From positions 372,001-436,000 of the forward strand of contig NW_019029000.1 in the NCBI RefSeq assembly GCF_002105155.1: DNA of 64,000 nt, read 5' to 3'. Position numbers and translations under genes: made by a program. Below are positions 1 through 19,172 of this stretch, piece after piece (the stretch's first letter is position 1; each line of letters opens with the position of its first letter). The notes under the pieces were generated by a model, which was not told the DNA's origin, ran no database searches, and saw only the letters and a program-made list of their open reading frames with translations. This stretch comes from Lobosporangium transversale. Taxonomy: Eukaryota.

Positions 1-2560
1 TTGTCTTGTGCATCTCTTTTATCATTTTGCTGCAGTTTTTCCCTTGTTCGCCTTTCAATCTTTTTCACATTCTTGTACGTATTGTATGTGGAATATACAT
101 GAGTATTATAGCTCTTGTTGTGGAGAGGTTCATCATGGATGTGATCGAGTGCAGAAAGCCTTTAAAACTAGAAGTATCACATCAGTCCTTTCTTTAGTAT
201 TTTTTTAACGCTTACGGTATCATTAGGGCTTCATTCAATATGCATTCTTCTTCTTGATATCCATCCCACTCTTATTCGGGCTTTGTATCATACAATGAAC
301 TAGCATTTAGTTGTAACAATTGCACGACTAATTAATACCCGGGAGAACAATGAAATGACTTGTTGCTTCTAAGGTTTTTCATTACTGACTCCACAATCTC
401 CTGAGACTGGTGTTTGCCGCCTTGGTTTCAAACACAGAAATACTATTTGGCAATCCTTGTTCTGATAGTTTTTATACTGGATTGAATTGAAATAAAGGTA
501 GGCTTTGCGGTTCTATACATAGGTGTTGTGGAGGATAAAGGGCTATTCTGGCCTCTGGCGGTCAATCTTGGTCTTTTGCAGGCCCAACTCTCCACTGACC
601 AAACAATATCGCTTAGTTTTTGATGCTAAGAGATGTCTGAGTAGTAAATGAGTATACAGTGCTACATATACTACTAGGGTAACTTACATTCTTGTAGCAC
701 CAGCAGTCGGAAGCAACTGAATATGTGTACCCACTTGGCAACGTACCCCAATTCGGAAAATGAACTGTTCCAGTTATCCAAGTCGGTTTGGGTACATCTA
801 CATAGTGCAGTAGGATAGACAAGAACTACTAATAGGCTTAAGGTCAGCAGCATTAAAACTGCCGATAGCAACAACCTTAAGATATTACAGGTACCCGACC
901 ATGTTGGTCGGTTTGAGCGATCACTGAATTCAGTTCATTTTTCGAGACCTGCAGCTGTTCTCGCCGACTGGATGTTTTCAATTTTTTGAGATCCGAGCTT
1001 GGCCTCATTGCTATGATCTCATCTTTGAGATATTCAGTATCTTCTGGCGGAGTTTACACATCCTCGTCTGCACAGGGTATTGATCTGAGCTCCTTGAAGT
1101 TTCCCACACCACCATCTATGGCACTAGCCAGACTAGATAGCATAGCTGTATGTATGATTGATGATGCCAATTAAAAAAAAGAAATGAATAATGAGGTACG
1201 CGTTCAATAAAGGAGTGGTATGACGCGAAATCCCACGTGAAAAGTTGTTTATCTTGGTATCCTGGGTAAACAGCTCATGGATGCTGATAATAGGTGGAGT
1301 AGAGGCGGTTGTAATGAAATGGATAGCATGGTGCTTCAGTCCTTCTTTGAACAAGAAAGTACACGGCGCAAAAAAATTGTGTCGTTCCTCTGAACTTATT
1401 GGAATAAACGCGAGGAAAGTATTATCTTCAATCCCTTTCTTTTATTTTCTCCGTACATTAATTAACAGCTTGAAAAAGCTTCCATGCCCAAAAGCTTAGA
1501 TACCAAGGGCAAAATCACCACCTTTGAGATGCACTCCGCAGGTATGGAAGCGGTGTACCCAGATAAGCAATCACCAGTTGCAGAGTATTATCAAGATATT
1601 TCAAGAATAGGGGGCTCCGACTCCAGGTGCTGAATTAATGGAATGTCAGGAGTTACTCTTAAAGGTATCACCAACCAACTGCCGATAAAATAAGTGAAAG
1701 AGAATAGCTGCTGAGGCTCTGCATTAGGAGGTCAAGGATGCTTAATGAACTACGTCCGCATTTGTCTAGTCCAATAATGAAGACCTTTTTATACTAACTC
1801 TATGAAGATGCAGTGCCGTGAGCATGTCCTTTTGCATCATCTAAAAGTAGTGTCAATAAATAAAGCCTTTGTTAATTAAAAGAACATAGGTGCAGAAACA
1901 CGTCCTGTCTTTGGATACAACAACGACTTCTGATTCCAACGCCGGTTTATTGTCTTCGACGAAGGAAACAGCCAGTGCATTTCCTTGTCCGGACTTCGAG
2001 ATTCATGATGGGAACTTGTTGTTTCTGAATATACTGAACCTTCTGTATTTTCAGGTTGGAACACTGCCTGAAATACTAAAGATAATGGTATACCAAAAAC
2101 TCAAACATGAGATGGTTTATCGCCCGTCTGGTGTTGGTCCCCCATGCTACAAATCCCTCTGAAGACCAGGAGTTCAATAACTGAACTCTAATGAATATCT
2201 TATCTCGTTTTTTATCTTGCTTATGTAGTATATAATTAGATGCTTGCTGTTCTTCCTAGAGGCTTGTCCAATCGTCTTAAAAATCATGCTGTTAGTCTTT
2301 CTTGCCAAATTCGACTTGATCTAGAAGTGCTTGTTCCCTAGAGTCTTACTGAGTGCCTCAACAATATCGGCCAGAGGCGTTTGAATCTTAAGGCCCGCTG
2401 ATTTAATTAGACTATATGTCATTTCGACCTGCTCACATACCCGTTGTGATAGATGGCTTTAGTCATTTTGTCAAAAGACTCGATATGTCAACGGAGCGTC
2501 CTCTCGCGGCCTTAAGATAATTCCAGCTGCATAAAGGGCTTTTCAACTGTCCCATTATCA
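1..2560 (-). pseudogene. Heavily degenerate coding relic with XPG/FEN1-like PIN nuclease traces; probable transposon remnant, runs off the window start
   Basis: Hand translation of the minus strand gives stop- and frameshift-broken segments in plausible PIN order: MG..WNYLKAARGRSVDISSLL (~2555-2470), KGLHYWTRQMRT*FIKH..PNAEPQ (~1790-1710), GDTFKSN/SDI (~1672-1640) and an H3TH-like GGDFALGI*AFGHGSFFKLL (~1522-1460). The region lacks the long homopolymer tracts typical of local introns and intergenic DNA. Confidence 0.4.
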
Positions 2561-3089
2561 TTTCTCGCGTTGATTTGTGAATGCGAGTGAAAGAAAATGG
2601 TTGACTCTATGTAGCTGCACGTGACTTAATCCAGACCAGCCAAAAAGTGATTGATTATTAAGGGCGCACATGCATTCACGGAAACAAAAAAGAGGGGACA
2701 GAGTCCACTTCTAATTCTTCAACTATATTTCCTTGTCTTCTTTTGTGTTCCATTCTTTCTTGTCGTGTGCTGCACCATTCAGTCAAGATGTCATTCCCCT
2801 TGTAAAGCAATACGTTGCTCGTGAAAGGAGGCGAATTTTCAACTATTTGTTTTGTTAATTCGCTACATTCTTCCATCGACGCAGTTCATAGTAAAACTTT
2901 TTTTTTTTTTGTTATTTTTTTTTACTTTTATTTTTATTTTTTTCCCCATAAAACCTACTCGTAAAAAGACATTGTTAATACAACTACAGTTATTACTCTG
3001 AGTCTGTGATAAAACACTCAGAGTGCAATCATTGGTTTTTGCTTTACTTTTTTCCTCCCTTTTTCACATTTGTATTTCCTGCCAAAGCC

Positions 3090-9648
<6,559 letters not shown>

Positions 9649-9667
9649 ATAAGGGACAAGGAGGCGA

Positions 9668-9705
<38 letters not shown>

Positions 9706-9929
9706 AAAATATTGATCTGTTGCTTTTGTTTATTCTTTTTTCCTTTGTATTTTTTTTTTTTGTTCTTAAAGTAATAAAATAAAAGGCATTGTATTCGTTT
9801 TTTTTTATTTTTTATTTTTTATTTTTATTGTACTGTTACATGTGTGCAGAGCTGAATATAAGATGTAAAAAAAAATGCAAACGAACAAGAGAAAAGAGAT
9901 AAAATAAGAAATAAGAAAAAAAAAAAAAT

Positions 9930-12324
9930 CTAAACATTTGAGCCATTCAATGCAGTGGCGGTCCTTTGCTTGTTTTTGTTTAGTGTACTTGATGCGGTTG
10001 TATTGTTGGATTCATCGTCTTCGGTCGTATTATCGGCCTCATCTTCCTCCGCCGCTGCTGCCAGAGCATTTTCATCCAACTCGCCTGTTGCAGCAGCTTC
10101 CTTAAGAGCCTCACTCAATGGAGTATTGTGACGGTACTTGTAGAATTGGAAGAAGATTGTAAAATCAAAGACTAACGTACCGCCCGAGCCCAGAACCCAG
10201 GGCAGGTTCCTGATCAAGTAATCAAGCTCGATTGAGAACAAGAAGATGGACGCCACATACAAGACATTGCCAAAGACTGAGAACACAAACATCATAATCG
10301 ACAATCCCTCACACGACTTTAGACGCCAGTTCTTGTAAATCTGAGGAATACGTGATCCAAGGTATAACAATGCACTTCCCCAACCCAACAACAGAGGAAC
10401 CCAGATCTGGAAGAGCGTTTTTTCATGTCCTTCTTCATCATGACCACCGTCGATGTTGTTGTTGATCGTTACGAACGATATGGGATCACCGTTATTCTCC
10501 TTTGGAGGATGGGAAGGAGGAAGTTTGCCATGTCCACCATTATGACCACGTCCACAGTGAGATCCATCTCCGTCCTCATCACCGAGAGTGCACTGCAGCC
10601 AATCATGATACAACCAAATGAGGAGTGCTAATAGTACAAGGGGGAATAGGATTATGATGGCCCTGCGGATCATTTTTCGACGCTTTACTGCTTTGGATCG
10701 AAGTTTTCCAGAACCATTGGTTAAAGTTGAATGGGTTGAGGAACGACGTCGAAGATGCTGCTGGTGATGATGGCCGTTAGCTGTATGATCATGACTTTCA
10801 TTGTAGTGAGATGCAGCGGTATTAGCAGCCATGGCTGCTTGATGAATCATACGATCATGTTCATTTTCATGGACATGTTCTGAAGGAGAAATACTTGAAT
10901 AGTTTGTGGTTGATCCTCCTCCAATCCCGTTTCCACTTCCAATAAGAGGCGTGTGTTCATGTGACATATTGAGGCTTTCAGAATTAGCATGAGTAATAAC
11001 AGACTCAAAGCTTCCTTTGACAGAAGTCCTACGGTAGTAGAAAACCTGACTGATCAAAGCAATCTAGAAAGGGAAATATATACATATATTATTATTATCC
11101 TGAAGGTCAGAGACACAAGAATGTACTATTACATATTACAGATACATATTACATATTATCGTTTAAGATATGGCGCATATGTCCCTGCCCTACAAGGCCA
11201 TCAGGAATGAATGAGACTTACATCTGAGATTGTGTAGTACCAAGCGAGAACACGCTATTCACAAAAAAAAAAAAAAAAGGAGAGACAAGGGGGGAAAGAT
11301 GGGAAGATTGTATAAGCAAACATGAGTTTAGCACGGTTGTACAGAAAAAGTGAACAAAACAGATCATCAAGCAAGTCGACAAAAAAAAAAAAATGTTGTT
11401 GTTGATCTCTCCCTGAACTTTGGAGTTGGAAGTAGGGAGGGGGGGGAGAACTTACCATCGTAAGCAGCAGATTGTCCATGGTTGCACCGATCAAGTTCAT
11501 AATGTCACCAGCCAACCAAATGTAGAGGAATACAAGAGAGAGTGACTCTCCTGACTTGCGCTTGTAGTTGGTCCAGAATTGACTAGAGAGATTAAGAAAG
11601 TTGACAAGAGCGGGCAAAAGTTCATGTCAGTGACAGTGTGCTTTTCTTTTTTATTATCTTTTTTTTTTTTGTACTATCCATCCATCATAAGTAACCAGAG
11701 CCAGAAAGCAGATGCTTGTTTGTTGCATTGGAAAGGGGTGTAACAAAGATAGGTAAGCATGTCGCATAAACGATACGATCCGATTTTTTACACAAATGTT
11801 TTACCCTGCCACAATCACAAAGGAGATCCACATGAATCCAGTAACTATTTTTTTTTTTTTTTGTTCAAAAGAGCGCATTCCTATTATCACTCTCTGTATC
11901 CAAACCTGGTCTTTACTTGTGCACATTCTTTCTTCCATTCCAATCCCGGTCAAAATAACGGTAGATCAAAACAAAAGAATAAGGGGGATGGTGGGCTCTC
12001 CATCTCTTTTGGGATAAAAAAAAAAAAAAAAAAAACACCAGACAGAGGGACCATTTATACTTGGATCGTTTTTTTTTTTTTTTTTTTTTTACTATCCATT
12101 ACAATCTGAGCTGGTGCATCTTCCCAATTGTGGATAATGATCATGAAAAAGAAAAGAAAGTATTTGACTTACGGAGTAAAGACGATAAACCAGCAGATAA
12201 TTGATAAGAAGCCGGCGATGTTGGAAAGATAGATGTTCAAAGGGATCTCATTGTCGTCAGCGTCAGTTGCAGTTGCAGTTGTACCGTGGCTTGCCAGCCA
12301 GTAAAGAATAGTGTGTGCAACCAT
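9930..12324 (-). CDS. PQ-loop 7-TM vacuolar/lysosomal cationic amino-acid transporter (Ypq1/PQLC2 family)
   Basis: Exon 1 MVAHTILYW...AGFLSIICWFIVFTP joins QFWTNYKRKSGESLS (PQ loop 1), then a small exon RVLAWYYTISD. The last exon has LYLGSRIPQIYKNWRLKSCEGLS (PQ loop 2). Acidic dileucine signal EHTPLI is present. Confidence 0.92.
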
Positions 12325-12565
12325 CAGACGAACTCAAGTGAATGAAGGTAATTCAAATGAGAACAATGAGAGGGAAAAAAAACAGAAAAGAGAGAACCAA
12401 GTTCGTTGAAGTGGAATGAAAGCAAGAAAAGAAGTGAACAAATGGTCTGACTGACCGTTGTGAGTGCTTGTGTTGGGTATATAAATGATAAGTGAGGGTA
12501 TATGAACGAGGGTATATGAAAGAAGAAAGATTGTGAGACAGAGCAACAACAGTAATGAAACAAAA

Positions 12566-12602
<37 letters not shown>

Positions 12603-14834
12603 GAAACGCCGCCACTTCTTTTGTTCCTTTTATACTTGATTCTGAAGACTTTTGACCATGACCTTGGCCTTGACCTTAACCAGAGGAACAGTCAATCTGA
12701 TTCCCATCAACCAAACTTAGAAAAGCATACATGTGCATGTACATGCTTGGGGGCTAAGGGAGACAATAGAGTTCGTCCATCCGTTTCCGTATCTCTAGCT
12801 CGCCTCTCCCCCCTGTGGAATCGCGTCTCACAAAAAAAAAAAAGTTTCTTAGTCACTGATTGTCAAAAACTTTATTTCAATCTGCCTTCTATGCAATGCC
12901 ACATTATGCAATGTCTCAATGTGGACAATTAGAACAGCAATCCTTCATGACTGTCTGAAGCAAGCAACCAAATGCCATTTCTCCATAACTTTTTCTTTCT
13001 TTCTTTCTTCCTTTCTTTCGTTCTTTCCCTCCCTTCCTTTCTCTCTTCCTCATCGTCCCCATCTTGACACATACACATGTTCAGTACACATTCATTCTTC
13101 TTCTGAATTGCACCAATGTTTTTATAACATTTCTGTACACAAACTTGATAGAGAGCTCTGTTCTCCATTTTCTATCATACACATGTAGCATTGCACCCTT
13201 AAATTGTATTCACTTGCTCACTTGCTGCATATTAATGGATAATAACCATTCCGTGTCACCTGTTTGACTTGAGGAACTACTACCCATTGACCTCCTCTAG
13301 TCGTAGTACAGAATTTTATCTGCTGATTCAGCCAATTATCAAAGCATCGCGTGAGGTATTCAGTGATGAGCTACAGGTTTACAAGAGCCAACATGTCAAA
13401 TCAGATAATTTCAGCTGTAGCTTATTCTTTGCTTCACCCAACTTTTCTTTTATTTCCCTCTCTTCTTTTGCAAACTTGGAGGAACGAACGTCTTTCCTCG
13501 AAAAAATGTATATTTGTAATGCCTTCATTCGAAAGGTGGACAGACCTCATAGTACATTCTCTCTTAAAGTAAACATAAATGTAGTAGTGAGCGTGAAGCC
13601 ATCCTTTTTTTTTTTTATCTTCGCAATGAACTAAAAGATGGCTACATGCCAAAACTGCAATGGTTTATTTGAGGAGGCCTAAGTTTATCTTATTCTACCA
13701 GAAGAGAGAAGAGAGGGGATGAGCAGAAAAGGTTGATGATGGTCATAATATTTATGGAATTAAAGTGTTCAAAGAAACTAAGAAACTTGACTATACTGCC
13801 GCAGCATGGAGTACATACTGATCAATTGCAGACATTTCCCCCCCCTTTTTTTTTTTGATTGAAAATGGAGATGTGTGCAATGTCGCGTGGTTTAAAGGGC
13901 CGTTGTGAAAAGCATCAAAAGATCGTCCACTGGCGATGTCAGCCAATTATCAGTTGTTACATTGCAGAAAAAACGCCATCAATGATGACTTGCAGATAAA
14001 CAAAACAAAACAAAAAAAAAAAAAAAAAAAAAAGATGCAATGCATTCCATTGCTTGCAATGTTCTTTAGATGGAAAGAAACTTTTAGATGTTTTCTTTGC
14101 TGTGGATCTACCCTTTGCTTTTTATATTGGCATGAAATGGTGCCTAGATGACATGTGGATATCTAGAGGCGAGTTTTTTTTTTTTTTTTTTTTTTATTTT
14201 TTCTTTACTGCATTCGGATTATTTGATCTTCTGATCAAGATTTGTGAAAAGGAGGTTGTCCCTGAAAAAACATTGCTGCCTGGGCTTTGTGGACAAGAAC
14301 AGACCACCTGCCTAAATGTCTACATGTCTAGAGCATCTGTATCTGTCAGACTGCATTTGGATTGATTGACAATTTCGTCCATCGCGTGCAACACTGCTTT
14401 TCCACAGCTCCAAAGTATAAAACTGTTTGCATCTGTGGGGTAGAATTCGACTCAATTTATCCGATCAAATCAAACAAAAGATTCTTTTTCCCCTCAATTA
14501 TTACCATCTATGTTGTCAATGTGCACAATTGCCTCTCTCTCTTTCTCTTTATCTCTCTCTCTCCCCTCTCTCTCTCCTCTTTCTCTTTTTCTCTTTCTTT
14601 CATTCTTATTCTTTCGCTCACACACATTCTCTACATCACACATCCTTGTTTCCTTCATTCACCCTATCTTCTTTTCTCTCCCGTGAAGACATCTTTCTTT
14701 TCCACACCTTAGCCATTTTTTTTTTTTTTTTTTTTTTTTTCCTTGTTACTATTATTTATTTTCATTTTTTGTCTTGGTCTGCTTGTATAGTCCCTTGTCT
14801 CAACACAATATCCACAAACCATAATTCATATCCA

Positions 14835-17523
14835 ATGCCATCGCTACTATTAGCAGTACCGCTCCGAAAAACGTGGTACGGAGTCCACTACTGGAAGACC
14901 CCTTCCATCATGGATTTACCTATAGAACTCGAGGTACCCCCCTTAAACCATCATTATTCCTTCAAAAGCACCCTCTTAATTGCATTCCACACTCACGTCG
15001 ACGAAGAAACATGGTCAACAGCCAACAATTTTATTTTATTTTATTTTTTTTTCTTCAAAAAAAAAAAAAAAAAAAAAAAGGAAAAAAAAAAAAAGCAAAT
15101 ATGATGACAGTGTATGCTATAGTTCTCCTTTTGTATTCTCAAAAAGTGAAACGGAATGAATGAGAATTGCATTGGTCTGTGTGTTGCTCTGAATGAAAAG
15201 AATGAAAAAGTATTTTTTTCTTTTTACCCCAACGCCTCGGGTTTGTGATGATAATTTAAAAGAATGTTACATTTTCCCACCAGTCACCTTAAAAGAAAGA
15301 AAGAAAGAAAGAAAAGAAAACTGCGCACAGCATTCACACACTTTCCGTTGCATCTAATCAGAAGCATCGCAACAATTATTTTACATTTTTGAATACCATG
15401 CATAACACACAACAATTCCTAAAAAAAAAAAAAAATAGTACATCCCATACACTGAATTGGAAGCAAGGTTCACTAGTCTTAACAATATTGTGCGAACTAC
15501 CTATCCAACCTATTGGCCCAACGTCATCATGTCCATTGTCTTTACAGTTCTCTTTGCAGGAACTGCCGTCGGCCTCGGACGTGGATCCAACCTTGCAATC
15601 ATGAGTCAAGCCGCCTGTTTTATCTTGCCCATCGTGGCTCTTCTCTGGCTCCGGGTCCGAAAGGAAATGAAAGCCAGGGCTCGGAAGAGAGTAAGTCGTT
15701 AGCCTCTAGTCTCTATAGCTTGATCATCTTCAGTAATAATCCTCTAGTCCAACCCTCGAGTCTTTCTTGGAATGGAATTTGAGGGGTTGGTATTTTTGCT
15801 TTGCCCAAACTAACCGCTATCTCAAACATCTAAACTCTTTTTTTTTTTTTTTGTGAACAATCAATCAAAATCTCCCCATCTCGCTCATTCCTCTTTAAAG
15901 TTCAAACACCAGTCTCAGAAACTTCTCCGTGGATGGACAGCGCACGACTTTGTCGCACATGCCATCCAATGGAAAATACGTGTGCGCCCCAAAAGCGTAG
16001 CTCTGCCTTGGTACAATCCAACCACATCCTCCACCAATCCTGATCCTGGCATTACTGCTCAAGTGAACATGACAGAAACAAGCACAGGGACAAGATCAGG
16101 AGTTGTACCGCAACAGGATCATACAAGGGGAATTGATCTCTCAACCCGAGGTGTAATCGATCCACCACACCGGAGTTTAGAGAACGTTGTGGTTAATGTT
16201 GAAGCACCTTCAGCCCCAGTAGGACAAAGATCTCGCAATGAAGCAAATACTAATACTAGAGCTAGCACTGATAACAACAATCAAGATAATAACATCAATA
16301 ATGACCACGGACCTGAAGAGGAGGGCAGTGAGGGCACAGCTGGCGGCTTACAAAGCTCTTCAACATCATCACAACCGATATCAGATATACCCAACGAAGT
16401 CGTGACATCTAGAACCATATCAACATCAACGATCGCACCAGCAGCAACCTCACTGTCTAGAAGACCATCTATAGCAGCTACTAGGAGAGTCGTCGAGGAT
16501 GTCTATAGTGTATTAAGGCATTCAAACACTAATCCTACTTCAACGCCAACACCGCCATCATCGTCTTCTCCTTCACTTCCACCGACATCTTTACCATCAC
16601 CATCACCATCACCAACACCCCTACCATCTTCATCTGAGCATCCTAATACTCTACAGAGACAAACCTCTTCGCTCCATCCCTCCATATCTGACGATTTCTC
16701 ACCGCCGCCATCAACACCTTCTAAATGGGAACCCCTGTTGGATTTACTTCGTGATCTACATTGTTGTGCATTCTTATTCAACGAACCAAGAGTTTGGATG
16801 ATTGAAATCTCGATTAGAGAAGGTGTTTTGGATGAGTATTCGTTCCCAGTCCCCACACCTGCCTATTGTGATTATCGTTTGCCTGGATACGATGATGTCA
16901 TTGCGGCAGCAGCTTCACCTTCACCTTCTTCGTCAACGCCACCATCATCTCTTTCTAATAATATCCAGGCACGTTTTTTCAGCTCTCCCCCACCAGCATA
17001 CGAAAGCGATCCTGAGAATGAATCCGATATTGGAGAAGAGGAGGAGGATGGCGGTAATGATGACCATCATAATAACGCCCATAATCGTAATCATAATCAT
17101 AATCATAATCATAATAATCATAATGGGCAAGTCGAGATCCATGTAGGGCCCACGAGATCAACCGTTCCTACTATAGTAACAACAGGAACATCATCAGCAA
17201 CGGTAGCAGCAGCAGCAGCAGCAGTAAGAGATTTGGTGACAGTACTAGATGCCAGTAATCCAGATACCATAGCGACAACAACAACAACAACAACAACAGC
17301 AGCAGCAGCAGCAAGAGGAAGAAATACACATTTTCAACAACCTGTAGAGATGACAGCCATCATAATCTCATCCGCCCCAGCTCATCTCAATACATATGTG
17401 ATGAGACCTCTTGGTGATATAAGGACTTCCACTGATACGACCACGACAACAATCTCTTCGGTCTTATCTAACGACAGTATATTTTCCTTTGAAGATACAG
17501 AAGGAGAGATGAAAACAAAATAG
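14835..17523 (+). CDS. Uncharacterised 2-TM membrane protein with PY motifs (weak Erf4/golgin-A7-like resemblance)
   Basis: In-frame exons 14835-14933, 15439-15690 and 15901-17523 with GT-AG sites. Two hydrophobic helices in exon 2; LPGY and PPAY motifs in a long low-complexity tail. Confidence 0.75.
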
Positions 17524-17871
17524 TTCTCCCCTCCCTCCCTTCTTCTTTCTTGTTTATAATACATTATACATAACACAGCTTTGTAAATAAAATATACTCG
17601 ATAAACTCATTAATATATATATATTTTTTTTGTTGTTGTAAATTTAATATAAAGATGTCTACAGTGTTCATACAAAGTTCAAGTTTTTTGAAGAAAGGAG
17701 AAGAAAAAGAGGAAAGAAAAAGAAGAAGATGATGATGAAGAGGAAACTTTTTTTTTTTTTACATTTCTATAGGTTTGTAAGGCTGCTAATTGGTAACTCG
17801 TTCCTTTGCTTGCTTCTTTTAAGATCCTTATTTCTTTATCCTTGGTCCTTTATCCTTGGTCCTTTGCCTCT

Positions 17872-18017
17872 TCATGACTTTGTTATGGATCCCATCAGAT
17901 CAATCGATTGTAACATCTCCAACAGCTTACGTTCTGCAAACGCTACCAACATTTCATTATCCATACTAGGTGGAATATCAACATTGACTAGGAATTGACA
18001 CTTGAATTTCGTAGCTA

Positions 18018-18049
<32 letters not shown>

Positions 18050-18697
18050 AAATAAAATAGAAAAAAAAGGAAAGTTGATTAATCAAGTTTTTTTTTTTTT
18101 TTTTTTTTTTTGTTTGTTTGTTTGATTGCTTGTTTGCATTTTTAACATTTGCTTTCTTTTTTTTTTTTTTTTTTTTTTTATACCTAGACGACGTGCTATA
18201 CTTGTAGATGTTTCTTCTAATGAATTTCCAAGCAACAAACTAGACACTGGAGCCTAATCCAAGAATTTATTCATAAAAATATATACATACATACGTATAT
18301 AAATATATATATATATTTTCTCGGTTATCAGCCTTAGTTTTATTTCCCTTTATATATATATATTAACTTTAGACAGAACAAGCAAACAATTTACCTGTCC
18401 AGGTCGGAAAGGAGGCATTGCCATAGCAAAATCTCCAAATGATCCTCCTCCTCCTCCTCCTCCTCCTCCTCCTCCTCCTTTGCCTCCAGTACTATCTTGC
18501 TGTTGTTGTTGCTGTGGCTGTTGTTGCTGTGTTGCTTGGAAAAGTGCACGAGCAGCTGAAGAGATCCAAACCCATGCAGAATGGTCCATCGCAATCACTT
18601 GAATGTAAACTGGGTGTTGGTCCATGAAGCGAAATGTCTGTTGGTGCACCTTTAAACGAGGCGCCACAGACTCTGCAGGTATAAATGCTGTAGACAT
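17872..18697 (-). CDS. PSMG4: Proteasome assembly chaperone 4 (PAC4/PSMG4)
   Basis: Three exons: ...QVIAMDHSAWVWIS...FGDFAMAMP / APVSSLLLGNSLEETSTSIARRL / ATKFKCQFLVNVDIP...FAERKLLEML, matching the PAC4 pattern. Contains a polyQ/polyG insertion. Confidence 0.85.
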
Positions 18698-18740
18698 TTT
18701 TATTTTCTTTTTTCCTAAATGATAGAACGATAGAAAGATG

Positions 18741-18778
<38 letters not shown>

Positions 18779-19172
18779 GTCCAAAAGACGCGAGGACTGG
18801 CATGCGCGTCTTTAACACAGACGCAGACACAGTCACAGACGCCACCGAAAAATGTTATGCCAAGGAAATTTAATTATGGTTTTTTTTATTTAATGGTAAT
18901 AGTATTATTTACATTGTTTCCTCAATCCCACAAGTTGGAAGAGGTGAAAGACGATAAAGAAAAAAAAAAAACACACGGCAAAGAAGAATATAAAAAAGTA
19001 CATTAAAAAAACGAGTTTCGCATTACCAGCGCTTACAAAGATAAAGAAAAAATCAATTGCTCATAAAAATGAAATGGAGGATGTAAAAAAAAAATTATTA
19101 AACGTTCGAATACAAAAATAAAAAAAAAAAAATAAAAATAAAAAAAAAAAGAAAAGAAAAGAAAAAAAAAAA

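Noticed and set aside
13361..13430. GTGATGA (C-box-like) followed by a GCTACAG/CTGTAGC stem, considered as a snoRNA or SECIS
   Set aside because: No terminal CTGA D box and no SECIS geometry.
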